From: Amoebophrya sp. A120
Lineage: Eukaryota; Protista; Dinoflagellata
DNA: 64,000 bases
Direction of reading: 5' to 3'
Assembly (NCBI GenBank): GCA_905178155.1
Contig: CAJINV010000014.1
Span: forward strand, 902,116-966,115
In this document: positions 12,401-25,850 of the stretch, one piece after another
Layout of the letters: the number at the start of each line of letters is the position of its first letter
Position numbering within the stretch: position 1 is the stretch's first letter
Program-made: the position numbers and the translations under genes
Notes under the pieces: model-generated
The model's database searches: none
What the model was told of the DNA's origin: nothing
Seen by the model: the letters and a program-made list of their open reading frames with translations, nothing else

Positions 12401-14230
12401 CATGAGCACTGTGTGTACAGGAAAACAACCTGAAAACTTCTCATGCTCAGCTGATGCACTTGGAAAAGTTTCAAATGCCTTCAGTTCACTTAGCGTTATT
12501 CCAGGATTTTCCAGACAAATGATTTATTGCATTTGATAACGGTACTGGGAATCAGAATCAAGACCGCCGAAAAAAACTGTATGCAAGAAAAATGCCGTCT
12601 CAGTGTAAGTAACTTTGTGTTGCAGACACTGCAAATCATGCTCGACATGCATCATAAGGATGCGAGTGTGTTTTCACTCATGATCCATCTGCGAAGCGCA
12701 GATATATTTGTGATGCTGTTTCTCAAAGAGGGTTACACTAAGGCACTTTTTTTCCGGCATAAACTGGCACAGATATAAACTCTCCGTCGCAGAAGTTTGG
12801 GCCTGACAAATCAATAAGTAGAATCTTAATCTTTGCGCAAGTATTCGGCATGTGATAAAAACTAAATGGTCGACCATCTTCATACATCATGTACCCTACA
12901 CTGGGGGAGGTGGGCATGCAGAGCGCCCTATCTCTCCAGTCACCTGGACCTGGCAGCGCTTTCTTTGAAGCAACACAGCGACCGTGGTTAGTTATTAACA
13001 TTCACATTTTTTGTACTCGACAACTAAACGAGGAAAATGAACTTGCTCATCACGTGTAAGTAAGTACCGACGCCAAGATCGATGTCGATCCGCTTTCCCA
13101 CGCTCGTCGCTTATTGTAAGGGAAAATTTCCCCTCCACATAATTGAAAATGTATCGATCCGGATCCGCGCGACGCAGATATGCGCGCACGAGTTACGTCC
13201 CCATTGCAAGAAGGCAAAGCCAGAGAGTGCGCCGCGTCACCCAGGCGATTGGTAATGCTGTAAGGCCTACGGGGCAGCCGACCTCTGGCATGCTAAGTGC
13301 CTACACCACAACATCCCTGCCCAGGCTTAGAATCTGCATGCCGTCCCCTGCTGCAAGACAAACCTGACTTGTGCACACAAATCTCCCATCACAGATTTCC
13401 ATTTGAATATGGGGAGAAGGAATTTTTCACTTTGATATTGTTGCCAGCAGTTTCATGGCTGCAGAATTCAGCAACTTTTCAACTTTCCCGCTCTCGCACA
13501 GGCCCAATTTCTCGCTCACGGACATGTCAGACGCACCCATGATGGTGTAGTTGTATTACAGTGAAAAATGCCCCCACCACCAACGTTGCAAAAATTTGTG
13601 ATGCGAGGTTTCCAAATGAAAACTTTTTGTCATGCATGAAAGGAGTATGTTGAATCTTTCTGATGCAGAGTCTAGGCGTGCATCGCATCGCTTGCATGAC
13701 AAGCGACGCTCTTACTGGGGTCTTTTGCAATGCAAATTTTTGCTATTCACGATTGGAAACCTGTGATGCTGATAGATGCAAGAGAGCGAATGTTTCATTT
13801 GGAAAGGTTTGCATATACAAGTGCTCCCAAGTTCGTGGGTGGGGGCATTTTTCATTGTAATAAGTTGCCCCACAGCTTCAAAACCTTCGCCTGACTGCAC
13901 CTATGCATTGCAAATACGTCTGGGTCCGTGATGCCAGAGAAATGGAAATGTGTGCGAACGAGACCTGTATTGCATGAAGAGGACTGGCCAGGCGCTTTTG
14001 CGGCCGTGGTGGAAGGCAGTTTCCTTTCTTCATGCGATTATACTAACTAGTATACGAACGAATGTGCAAGAAACCTAGGAAATGAACTTGCCACACCGTA
14101 CTGCCGTCCGAAGATACGACCACTGCGTCATGCAAGAATACTCAGCAACACAAATCCCATACACATTTGCATCTGGTAGCACCAGTCGTTCGTCAACCTT
14201 TTCGGCTTCGAGCAGCACTGCCGTGTCCTG
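9439..14230 (-). CDS. Multi-exon hypothetical gene(s); structure only partly resolved
   Basis: Removing introners yields continuous peptides such as LWASQ|GVLGATGGGGAALGSVVGTWFIQTC|YQYTDVTCGNEERLAYY, SQYR|ELEAILTPESLLQQ and NDWC|SQAKVLKLWGN|YTIMGASD. No family recognised and boundaries are approximate. Confidence 0.4.
9564..9805. mobile_element. Introner, family A (degenerate)
   Basis: Diverged TIRs; perfect TGCAG DR. Confidence 0.75.
10685..11102. mobile_element. Introner, family A (long, degenerate)
   Basis: TATGCATTGCAGATACGTCTGGGTCTGG...TTCCAGACCCGGACAT; DR ACAGG/ACAAG. Confidence 0.7.
11183..11396. mobile_element. Introner, family H (TIR TATCCACTGCAAAT)
   Basis: TATCCACTGCAAATAT...ATATTTGCAGTGGATA; DR CCGCG/CTGCG. 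Confidence 0.8.
11943..12177. mobile_element. Introner, family E-like
   Basis: TATCGCGAGAAAAAACTGTC...GACAGTTTTTTTCCCGGGATA; DR diverged. Confidence 0.65.
12259..12538. mobile_element. Introner, family A (degenerate)
   Basis: Diverged TIRs; DR ACGGC/ACGGT. Confidence 0.7.
13112..13437. mobile_element. Introner, family D (degenerate)
   Basis: TATTGTAAGGGAAAATTTCCCCTCCACATA...TATGGGGAGAAGGAATTTTTCACTTTGATA; DR TCGCT/TTGTT. Confidence 0.75.
13554..13862. mobile_element. Introner, family C (TIR TATTACAGTGAAAAATGCCCCCACC)
   Basis: Near-perfect TIRs; perfect AGTTG DR; similar along its length to 30185-30490. Confidence 0.95.
13902..14178. mobile_element. Introner, family A (degenerate)
   Basis: Perfect GCACC DR; right TIR eroded. 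Confidence 0.75.
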
Positions 14231-14759
14231 AGGAAAAACGTGCCCTCCCCAGAGCCAGACTTGTCATGAGAATCTCCATGCTTAGCAGTATCAGGATGTT
14301 TATTCTCATGCGGCTCTCAGTGAAAGGCATTTTCTAGCTAAGTTTGGGAATCTTATCACGCGCTAGCTCGGATAATAGACCAGATTTTGTGAAGATGGTG
14401 CGTCCGGACTAGCTGGCCGCGACTGTACGCTGCAAAGCCAATATTTTCGTGCGTGGGTTCCGAAATTTCTGGACTTCTCTTGCAGGATTCCCATCTTGAC
14501 TTTGGGGTCGTGGGCATGTTTTTTATTCCGGATATGCTGTTCGGTGCACTTGCTCGTTCCGAGACACTTCGTCTTTCCGTCCAGCTCTTGCGAGAACTCT
14601 GGACACTGCTTGCTAAAGTCCGCGCCGCAGGTTTTTATAGCCCGCTCAGGTTCTTTTACAGGAATTTCAAACGTCACAATGGAAGCAAGCGGAGCCCTGT
14701 GATGCAAAAAGTGCAGAATCTGGCTTACTCTCATAGGAACACGCATGACAATTTCTCGA

Positions 14760-16994
14760 CTACTTATTATTGGAAACAATGAAACGCTCTGTGTGTCTCT
14801 CATGCTGATCATGCAAGACAGAAAATCCAGAGTTGAAGCGCTTGAGATTGTAAGTACGAACACCTGGGCCGCGGGTGATACTTTTTACGTAGGACTTCTG
14901 CGCCGTCGCTGCGGCCTTGGCTTTCGCCGGAATGACAAACGTTTTGTCGGAAACTTGCACAGGCGAAGTCACCATGTCGCCGGGAACAACATTCAGGGCT
15001 GGAGACGTAGGTATGTGAAGTTGCATTCTTGATTTTAGTGCATCGTGTCTAGGTTGTGGTAGCATTGACATAGAAAACTTATGTGTAAAAATTTCATAAA
15101 TCTCCTCGTTTGAAAATCAAAATAACCTGATCGATATACGAAAAATACCATGTAGTGCCGCCGTAATCTTCCGAGCGAACTCCGGCGCTTGAAATCGTGC
15201 AAAAGATCATAATGAAAAGCGCCCCACCAGCAGAAGACCAAACGGTTGAGATTGCATACGCCCTCCCACATCACAGAAAATCTTTTGTGTTGCAAGAAAC
15301 GAATCATGCGCCGCGTTTTTATTCCGAATCCAAGCAGGCTGGGTTATGCAGCGCCAACATGACAGACGTCGCCTATACTGCGGCGGCGCGTAACGTAGAC
15401 CTTCGCTTCCCTGGCTTGAAGATTTGTCGTGCTGATACGTGCGAGGTGCCAAACGCTTTCACTGAGAACGAATGCAACACAACAACTTCCACACTCTGGG
15501 CGGGTGGAGACACTTTTCAAAATGATATGGAGGATCCGTTTACCAGTGCGTTCTTCCCACCCACGGAGACGGAAATTGCGTACCCTTCATCGTTATCCAT
15601 TACGAATATGTCTGGGTCTACCAGGATGCAGCTTGTCATGCGATAATTCCGTTCAGTATCACCAAGCCTGCACGGGCTACTATGCAACGGGTATAACATC
15701 TGTGTAGCATGAACCCCAAATAAGCTTCCGCATGTCCTGCGGGATAGGCATTGGGAAAGTTTCGCAGAATCTGTGATGCTTCTTTGTCTATTCCTGAACA
15801 TGCGCGTAGTCCTCGATGTGAACGTATGGCAAGACTTGTATTCTTCCAGACCCGGACATGTACGTTTGCAGTTGATAGTCGTAGGGTCTCTTGGTTACCT
15901 CCGCCTTGACGACCGGCGGTTTCGCTTGCTTGGGGCTGACTTTTACCAGCTCCTCCCGAAAAACTTCTTCCACGCGAGCTGTGATCACATTTTCTGCCGT
16001 CGAGGTCGGGGTAGCGGCGGCGGCCGCTGCAGCTGGTGCGGCGCTCCCAGTATGCCTTGCAAGTGTGCCGACGTCCTGCGAAGTTCATGGAACACCAAGA
16101 AGGATCTGTATCGCGAGACCGAGGTGGGTCGCGCTGTATTTATCCAGCTGCATACAGACACTTTGCCGTGCGGAATAGAGTTGGCTCTGTCGCGAGGATC
16201 TTCATGCTCTGAAAACTACTTATAAACACCGGAAGTACTGATATCCTTTTCCATCCTTGCAAACTAAGACGGCACATTTCTTGCATTTCATACCCGGGAG
16301 TGGAAGAGCCGGCTGAAGAAGCGCCCGTCGGAACAGCAGCACCACTAGTGCTCCCTCCTGCCGCTGGTGTGGCCGCCGGTTGCTTTTGCAAAAGCTCCGT
16401 CGCAGATACCATAAACTCGAACCGTTGCCTGTCAAGTGCAAAAATGTCTGGGTCTGGAAAAATGCCAGACTTGTCATGCAGGTTTTCCATGACCCATGAG
16501 GTCTCGAATGCGAGATCCAGCATGACAGATTCTTTGAGGTCTCTATCATGCCTTTCCTGCATGAGAAACTCCCTCTCAACTTGATCAAAAGCGGACAGCT
16601 TCTGGCACTCACGCAACACAGATTTTTGCATCATTCAGATTTAGCAAGGCAAGTTCTAATCTTCCAGACCCAGACATTTTTACATTTGATATTGCCTGTC
16701 ACTGGACGAGTCCTCTTGACCACCCGCATCCTCCGAGAGCGTAAGGCCTGTGCTGGTCTCCGAAGTTAGTAGTTGGATCCCGCTCACAAGACTCGGTAAA
16801 ACGCACCATCCTGCTGCTGTCCGGCCGCGGAGCCTCGTGCGTCCAGTGCTTGTGGTCGCTCCGCGCCCTTGTAGGAGGACCTCGCACGGTGAAAGACGCA
16901 CCATCCCTGTTACAGTACAGCGTCGAAGATAACAATGGCGAGATGGATTATTCGGCGAAAGAGGCGGCCTTAGCTCGCTGTCCCGCGCTACCAA
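14760..16994 (-). CDS. Multi-exon hypothetical gene (may continue into the 9439-14230 gene)
   Basis: Introner removal joins SSSDRQ|RFEFMVSATELLQK and TKRPYD|EGYAISVSVGGK; boundaries approximate. Confidence 0.4.
15594..15877. mobile_element. Introner, family A (degenerate)
   Basis: A-type TIRs; DR ATCGT/GTCGT. Confidence 0.8.
16430..16691. mobile_element. Introner, family A (subfamily shared with 51845 and 56072, opposite orientation)
   Basis: Clear TIRs; perfect TTGCC DR. Confidence 0.95.
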
Positions 16995-17299
16995 AGGTGG
17001 ATCGCGGGAAACGGTGGTCCGTCATGTGTTGATATTGCAATTGCTTACGCCGTGGCTGTATAGTACGACGGAATGTACCCGGCGAAGGCTTCAACGTCAT
17101 CATACTTACTTCTACTTATTGATTCCACTAGTTTTATTTGCACCAACTCGTACTTACACACGTGCATCGACTCCACAACGTTCCATTTTTAAGAATGGGG
17201 GAGCTCCAGTACTAGTGCGCAATAGCAATTTGTAACTCTCCTGATGTAACGCAGTTCCTTGTGGTCTTTGCTGTGGTTACACATCATACGGCTCGGATA

Positions 17300-20200
17300 C
17301 TACCTTCCTTGGTCGCACAACACACGGCGGTGTGACAGCCAATGAGGGGAGAAACAGCAGCTCGAGTGAAACAACCACGCGAAACCTTCAAGAGGTAACC
17401 ACCACGCACAGCTCCAAATTCTCACGTGTTGTTGTTCAAAGTAGAGCAAGTGAAACTGCACTGAAGGTGAAAGAAACGCTAGTATGGTAGACCGAAACTG
17501 AGGCACCAATCGCTCACGTGGGGAAACTTCAGGCATGTACACATGTTTCCTGCTATTTTCTACACTTCTGAACCGACGCCGAGGAGATGTTTGCAACCTT
17601 GGCCGTGATACAACCACAACGACGTGCTTGAGATGGTGAAGATACCAACGACACCAGACCCGAAGTGTACGGACAAATCGTGCTGCCAATCATAAATACT
17701 TTTAGATCAGATCACTGTTGTTCGAGGCAGCGCTCTGATCTACAAACGATATGGATGCACGACAGAGCCAACTAACGATTCACATTTTATCACACCGACT
17801 GTGATACCGACTTTGGCTGACGCTGGGAATGGCGACAATCAGAAGTATGCGACACAGCAAGGCAATGAGCCGTAATCCTACGTGCGGGGTGGTACGAAAA
17901 TAACACGCGGTCACCAACCGCAAAAGTTTTGTCTTCTTGTCCGCGTGCATTATGGGTTTCATACTTGGTATGAAGTGTTTCTGCTTCGGATGATCAGATT
18001 GTGCATGTGTTCGTATTGTAACAGGCATTAGAAGTTGCTATGCGAATTCTTCGAATCCGTAAAATTTCTGGTGTGGTAAAAAGTGATTATTTCTAGATAA
18101 TAGTTAAATTTGTTGTGATAAAAACTAAACGAGAATCTGTTGCTGTATTTCGCAAAAGTAACGTAAACTGACTTGATTGAAATTGTTACTGTGCATATAA
18201 TAAGGTAGTCTCCCGCAGGCAACTTCGCTTCTTCACAGTGCTTATTCTTTCGGAAACATTTTACAGTAGAAGGAGTGACAATCTTTGAAATCGAATCTGA
18301 AGCCTGTACCGGCGACAAAAAAGTCAAAGTTTTTGTGCTGAGAACCACCTCTCCGAGCAGCAATTCTCGCCTGCTGCACGAAGAAGGCGGCCCAACACTA
18401 GAAATTCTAATTCTTGTAAAGATTCATTTTTTCGAAGAAGTGCTCTACTGCGAAAGACGACGGCAAGTGTGGGAATTGGATACAGCAAATCCAGGCAATA
18501 AAACGAGTACCACTGCACCCACTACCGCTTGTTGAAACTACCTACTAGATTTGTGTTGCAAGAATGTTGTGATAAGTTGAAAATTGTATTGTTGTAGCAA
18601 ACTTTATCGTGTCTTCAAAACTGACGCAGCTGCTTCACATTCTGCTCGCTTTTATGGATCGAAAACAAACCATCTGGGCATGCTGGGAAGCTGGAATTTC
18701 TGCCAGAGCTTGAGTGTGGTGTTTAGGAAAAGGTTGGTTGGTAGAGACGCGTCTTGTTGCAAAGTATCTCGGTTTCCGTCTTTCTCTTTGCATGACGAAT
18801 TAATTCTTACTGTTTTTGCGAACAAAAAAATTCCATGCAAATAGTCACATGCAAGCCTTATTTTCCAGAAGACCAGGTCCCAGATCTCGATAATTTTCTT
18901 TACAATGCATAAAAAATGTCAAAAGGCGTGTACCTTCTGTTCGCGCCTCGACACTGTGAAACTTCTCCGTGAATGCAGCGCAAAAAGCTTCCCATCCTGT
19001 AGTCTACACTTGCAAACATTTTCGACCTCAGTCAAGTTAGCAACTCGTCTGCAACACAAGGCTAGAAGTGATAATGCACGGCGACCTGTGGAACGCAGAG
19101 CCGTCAGCATTGCGAATGACAAGCACGACGGTATACGACTAGAACTGCCGCTAATTTGAATGCTGCATGACAAGTCAGAACTACAACTGGAGGCACATTT
19201 TACGCGGGATACGCCTTGCCGTGATGTTTCTTTTCTCACAGGATCGCACCAGTGTTCTCTTTTCAGCAGCGTGACAGAGTTGTTGTCAAATCGTGGGCCG
19301 AACGACTGGCTTTTCTTGTTGACATCGTTGTTCTCGTGTTCTGCTCGTCCGCGATCCTGGTCTTGGAAATCTAGTAGTAGGCCATCTCTCCCTCGTCTTC
19401 CTCGCCCTCCTCCTGCAACAGCATGGTTCCGTTGCCGGACTTTATGCAGGTGAGAAGTGTCCCATGTCTCGGCATTTTTAATAGCACTACAGCTGAGGAC
19501 GATTGGTGGTACTTACCCCAAACGAAATTGTTGCACTCCTGACACATCAGCATCATACTTACTGAAGCATAGCACGCAGCATACTTACTGAAGCAGCACG
19601 ACTTTGCAAGGGGTCTACCCTACACGCGAGTACCAGCGGCGCTTGATTTATTTCGGAAATACTATGCATTTCTCAGTTGTCCTAAAAACTACGACGCAGC
19701 ACTTTTCACCAAGCGTAGTGGCAGTTGCGTTCCCTGCGTCCGGGGCAGCTGTAGTGGCGTTTGCATCAGCAGCAGCAGCTGGCGCCGCCGTCGTGGCTTC
19801 ATCACCTTTTTTAAGTTGTGCCATGGATGATGTTGGCACCCTTTACTTACATGAAAGCCGTCGCGCCGTAGACAGTTGTACACAAAATTTCTGCTAGAAA
19901 CCGGTCTGATGAAGTAGTACAAAAGCAGCACTACTAGACGCATCGTTCTACATGTGAAACAAAATCCTTTATACCGCTGCTCGCGACCACAATGGGCGAC
20001 ACGTTGGTGGACGCCAGTGCGGAGTTCGACTGTGGTATGCTGAGAAAATAACTCCCCGCCATCTTGTAACTTTTTGTATTCGGGCATACACCATCTCCTT
20101 TAACGCAGGTACAGCTTGTAATGCCAGGCAAGAAGATACAACACATGCTGTTTTTTCAAAATCAAAATTCCATGACCATACCAAAAGTTACAGTGACGAA

Positions 20201-23200
20201 GTTTTTTTAGTTCTCCTGGATATGCAAGGCTTTCTCCAAGTTGTCGTATCCAGCAGCAAAGCGGCCCTGCTCTCCCAGAGCTGCTGTCTGTCTCTTTCAT
20301 GCAACTGTTTTCACGTACTTTTGGATAGTACACTCAACACAGATTAGTTTTGCGACCTGCGCGATTTTCGAAGCGAAAGCATGCACATGCTTCATTTCCG
20401 CATGAAAAAAAAAATCACATTTGCATTTCGACATCGCAGATCCCCAAAGGTTTCTTTCTGCTGCAACTCTGGGAGCGGCAAGGCTTTCTTCCGTCGGGTA
20501 GGTCGCGGAGGGTGGCCATGGAGGCATCGGAGAACCTTCATTTGTTAATGCTTGTTTTTCTTCGTACCAAAAGGCTCATTCGCAAAAGCCCAAACGCATC
20601 ACAAACTGGCTTCCAATCTTCCGACAAAGAAATTGGAATTGCCAATCATTCGTAGTGATGCATTACAGATCTCACATCATCTAGAAGAACGAAGCATGTA
20701 CTTGCTCGCGTCGATGCCGAAACCGGTCACTTGCACCGTGCGTGTTATACCACGGAAAAGAGCTAGCCTGCCATCTTGCTACGTCGGTGAAGTACAGGTG
20801 TACCTCGACACACGTCCCCGTAGTACAAAACATATCCCTTCTTTTAATTTAGATGCTTTCATATCTCACGCTAAACAGAACTTTGATAACTACGCACGCT
20901 TTCGCCCTGTAGAAACTCGATCCGTCCCTTTAATAAAACCGCACTACAAAATCGAAAACTAACATCGCGTGTTGCACATTGGCTTATACACCGTGGCACG
21001 TGATGCAAGCAAAATCTCATGTCGCGAGTTTCTCACAAGAAATTCAGCGCACGCACCATCATCATCATCATCTTGCTAGCATAGGGGAGGATCGCTAGAG
21101 GTTTTGGGACGTGATTTTCTTTATGGGACGCACAAATTTTGATTTTGTTTACTGTTGCTAACCCTCTGCAAGGATGTAAAGATGACAAGCCGGCTTTTTC
21201 CCCTGGCATACACTGGTAGCCCTGTTGGTCGCCCGTCATCGGGTCACACACGACGTCGATCGTCACCCCGTTGGGCCCAAAGTGGTCGCCGAAGGTCTTC
21301 GTGATCACATCCTGTGGTAAGAGTAGTTGGAAAGCATCCGAAAAACACAAAATGAATCGCACCGCAGATCTTGTTCTTAATAATATGCGCTGCAAGTACA
21401 ATACTCCGCGCAGGCAATTGATAAAGAAAGGACTGCATTCTAAATTTGTCAAGAGTGTAGTTGTACACTGCCGCTGACGGCACCTGACTCCAAAGCCAGC
21501 CTTTTCCCCTTGCTTCAGCTGTTCCCTCCTCGAGGACGTTGTAGCACGCAGCAACAACCTCCAACCTTGCATTAGTCGGTGCTACCGAGGCACTGGAGGC
21601 CGCTCGTTTGGAGCTGCTGTCTTTGGAGCAGTCGCCTTTCCTCTTTGGCCAGATTTTCAAGACCGCTTCGCACGCGTGCCAATCGCGTCCGGCAAACGCG
21701 TAACATGGAAGGGCGCTTCTGAAACCCAAAAACGCCCACTTTCCGATTCGCAGAACAATCAGCAGCATTTTCTTTTGGGTGCAGTGTAAAGTGCAAGGAA
21801 CTATTGGGCGCCTACATAACAAGAGCCGCCCTGCGTCGGCTTGAATACAAAAGACGCGCCTGCCGTTGTCTTCCAAGCAGTAGACGCGTCTCATGCAATC
21901 TTTTAGCGGGCCCGCATTTGCGGTACGAGCAGGGCAGTGGCCCACTATGCATCACCACTGGATGATAAATATCATTCACCGTGCTCGCAGCTGCGCTTGT
22001 ACCCAAGCACGAACCGCCCCGACAGATAAACAGAACGGCAGTTCGTCGTGTTCCCGGCTATTTCTACGGAGTGCCCGTTGCAGTTGCTTCTGCACCACAA
22101 CGAAAGATTGGCTCCTAACTAGCTGGTTTATTGATATGTTGCAGATATTCGTGCCCGAAATCAAGGTAATTGTCTAAAAGACCCAAATTGACAAAAAAAA
22201 CAAATACGTTGATCAAGGTCTGGAGACTGCTGGAATCATCGCCGGCTGCTGCAGTCGTGTTACCGGCAGTCGTGCCCGTAGAATTACCGGCAGCCGTGCT
22301 GTTGGGATCTTGAAACGCGGACAAGTCGGTCTCGGCGTCTTCCTGCAACAGCGCGGCCTCGGTGTCCTCGTCGGACGCTGCCTCCTCGTCCTTTATTGTA
22401 TGTAAAAACGTCCCAATCCGATAGTCACGATGAGGAATCGGCTACACAAATCCACGCACAAGCCTTGGCTGTTTGGCATGACAAATTTGGACTCGTAGTG
22501 TAGTGCTGTTTGAGGTAGTTCAGCAGCATCACAGATCTAGTAAGTCATGCTATTTGGAGCATGACAAATTCCAAAACACGACTAGAAAATGCTTCTCGTG
22601 CGGCGCCGTATGAGAAACATTTTCAGCATGCTGATTTGCATTACAACTATAAGGTGGGGACATTCTTAAATACGATATCCTTTTCTGCGTCCTTGTGATC
22701 CACCTTGAACTTCTTGTCATCTCGCTGCAGCAACGCAATCGCCCTGAAAATCATTCATTTTCAGTTCTGATTCACTATCCTCGCCTCCGGTTACAATCAT
22801 AACATATGCTCGTGTATTCAAATCACATTTCGCACAGGTAGATCTCCATTTTTGCCTACAATAAACAAAAGATCTTCATATCACTCGTCTAGGTGGGGCG
22901 TGCAAGGTTCTGCTTCAGATTCACAACAGAAATTGAAAGAAGTAAGTACTTTTTGATGTCGCCGGTGGGTGATTTGCGGGCGTTCACGTGCAACGACAGC
23001 TGCACAGACTGCAGCGGACCGGAACCTGGTAAAGAAAATTTTAGTACAGCTAGTAATTGATTCACATTGCGGAACCAAGAAGATGCTTGATCATCAAGCA
23101 GGAAAGCTAAATGAAAAAGTTCCTGTGACTTAAAATGAGGTAACAATACAAATTTCATCAGTATACCTTCGATTCCGCTGACCCGCTGGTTCTGGATTTT

Positions 23201-23300
23201 GAAGGCCTCGATCGAGGAGAGTCGGTATCGGGAGAAAAAACTGCTTTACTTACACAGCGCAGTAGAAGATCATGCAACATACACGACTGCTTGATCAACA
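17300..23300 (-). CDS. One or more fragmented hypothetical genes with acidic, Thr/Ala-rich and Cys-rich segments (possibly secreted)
   Basis: Exon-like peptides ALLQRDDKKFKVDHKDAEKD|EEAASDEDTEAALLQEDAETD, NSTAAGNSTGTTAGNTT, DVVCDPMTGDQQGYQCMPG and ATTAAPAAAADANATTAAP. Exon structure unresolved. Confidence 0.3.
22394..22677. mobile_element. Introner, family B-like
   Basis: TATTGTATGTAAAAACGTCCC...GGGGACATTCTTAAATACGATA; perfect TCCTT DR; frame restored. Confidence 0.8.
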
Positions 23301-24251
23301 TGCAACACACAGGATTCTTGTCCGCTGCAAGAAATCTTCGTGGAAGTGAAGCCGCTTTTGTATTTCTCGTCGGATAACAGGGTGGAGGCGACCAGTATCG
23401 ACTTCATTTTTGGGTAAATGCTTGTTTGTAATGCAAAAAATTGCAATACGAGGTGTTCTCGGTAATGCAGCAGGGTGCAATGCGCTGAAACCTGCAGACC
23501 CTCTCGCTCGGATCTTGAATCTTTCTCAGATTTTTGTTCCTCTCAGGAAAAAGCTAAACCAAAGATGTTTTTAATTTGATTTGTGCGTTAGGATGAAGTA
23601 TTCCAAAGCTACTGACAAAGTTGTGGCATGATTCATCTGGCAGCTGCATGCGAGCGGAAGTCTCTAACCAGTATGTTCGGGTTCTGATTTAGCCAGTAAG
23701 AAGAGGGTCGCGTGAAGGGACCGACGACATGGACGAGTGATGTCAGCTTTCTAGAAGGACTGGACACGGGGAAGCGGCAGAAGTAATCTTACTCACGTAC
23801 TAGTATCCTTCGCTAGAACTCACAGCGTATTCCCACTTCCGTAACCCGTATTGGACGCGGCAAAAAACCCTCGCTCTCCTCCAAGACCTCTTGACGTGTT
23901 ACATGCGCTCCGTATAGACAGGTTGTATCACATATTTCCCTCCGCAGAGAGCAGAGCTAGCAGTGCATTTAAATTTCCGTAAAAATGTAATAGATTTCCA
24001 ACGTTCGCATAATCGCGATGTACAAGACGGATGAAACCAAACGCGCTTCAAGCTACAGAAGATACTTCGAACTCTATCCTGGGAACATACCCGAGAGCTA
24101 AGCCTGCTTTGTGCAGCAAAAGCTGGATCTCGATCATTTTTCTTTTTCGTGTGTCCTCACTGTCCACTAATGATCCGGGCTCCAATCCGGATCACCTGAC
24201 TGACTGCGGCGTTGGCAAAGCACTTCCGGAAAAAAATCAGAAAGGTTTACC

Positions 24252-25850
24252 CTAGTACCCATCCGTACACCTCAACATTGACGTAGCCCTACTCATCCAC
24301 CGGTCCTCGCCGTCGCACCACTTCGTGTACCTCTCCCACGCACCTTTCGCCTCCGTCGCGCCAATCTGACCGGTGCGGATCCACCAGAGGTGCTGCTGCC
24401 GAGTAACTGAGGTGTACTTCTCCCGCCAAGCCGGGTACCCGCTAGCGAAGTTTCCTCGCAAGTGCTCTTTGTCCGCGGCGACCAGATCGTTGACGACCGT
24501 TTCAGAGTGCGATGGAGAGCACAGGTTGCACGACGAGCACGAGAAAAGACTTCCCGGCTCGTATGCGTCCCCTTCTATCGAGACGGGATCGTCCGAACCA
24601 CCTCCAGGCTCAGGTATGGAGGAACGCCCATGACTTTTGTTAAGTACCCATCTCCCGCACGTAGCTTTGGGATTAGCTATCAAGCTTTTGGGATAAACTT
24701 CCCAAAAAGCATTATAAGAGTAGAGAGCAGATAGCTTTGATCACTTATCAAAACTTTTGCCAAAACTTGTTGCTCGCTTATCGAAACTTTAAAGAGATTT
24801 CTGTTCCAAAAAGCTTGATCACTTATCAAGCTTTTATTAGAGTGAGGTATCTATCTCAAAGTTCAAGCTGTGCGAAACGGATACGTAATAAAAGTATGGG
24901 CCCTTCCCTCATACGTGGGGGCCGTGTAGCGATGAAAGACGAGGCCGCCGGAGAGGACGTCTTGGTGGCGTCGCAGAACTTTTTCGCATCTTCGTCTCCC
25001 AACAGACGCAGTTGGTGTTTCTTGAGTATGCACTCCATGGCACAAGCTTCCTGGAATAAGTATATAATTTGAATCGATGCTGCCAATCTGCCGGCAATTT
25101 ATCATCATCATCATTTATAATCATTTGTCTTGCCACCTATCTAACGAAGATGGACCACAGCACTAAGCACGAAAGTGTCGAAGCAAAAAGATGGATTACG
25201 CTAAGTAGGGCCAAAGCAGGAAAGTAGGGAAGTACCTCTTGCGTCTTGATGACCAATTTGTCCAGCATGTCCGAAAACGCCTGCACTGTTGGAGACTTGT
25301 ACGCGGCTCCTATTCTGTGCAAAACCGTCGTCGGTCCATCACTACAACGGAAAATCTATCACGCAGATCAGAATGCTCGAGTGCGAGCCATTTTCGGTCC
25401 AAAGCTTGGCTTTAAATGACTTAAACCCCCATGCGCTTCCCGGCTCGGGCGTGACACTTTTCCAGCAATGGCTTAAAATGGCTTCAGCGAAGCAGGGGCG
25501 AGACGTCAGACAAACACCTCGAGCGCATGCAAAGCCAACATCTCCTGGTGGATATGTACTTACGAAGTATTTTCGCACAGGATAACGCGCAGCCAGCTAG
25601 GCGCTCCGCCGGCACACGGGCCCTTTGTCGTGGTGACCGTGTCCGTCGCGGTGTCCGTGGCGGTGTCCGTGACCGTGTCCGTCGCGGTATTCGTCGCGGT
25701 GTCCACGGCGATGTTCGCCGCGGTGTCCGTGCTCTCTTGCTTGGGGACGTCCACAAAGGACAACGGTGTGGCGGGGGGCACCTTTGGCGCCTCGCCCTCA
25801 AACTCAGAGTATGCTGTGGAACCACGTCCCCATCCAAAATAGCCAAGCAA
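24252..25850 (-). CDS. Possible multi-exon hypothetical gene with a DTAT-repeat region
   Basis: GC3-rich minus-strand segments at 24252-24630, 24900-25050 and 25560-25850; junctions not established. Confidence 0.3.
24675..24836. repeat. Cluster of TATCRARCTTT(T)-like motifs with a perfect hairpin
   Basis: Four direct copies near 24677, 24746, 24778 and 24823; stem AAAAGCTTGAT-cactt-ATCAAGCTTTT at 24809-24835. Confidence 0.7.
25632..25731 (-). repeat. 12-bp coding tandem repeat (DTAT/NTAT/DTVT)
   Basis: About 8 imperfect GTGTCCGTSGCG units. Confidence 0.85.

Noticed and set aside
12566-14665. Additional eroded TIR-like ends near 12568/12761 and 14224
   Set aside because: Probably more elements, but I could not define paired ends and repeats.
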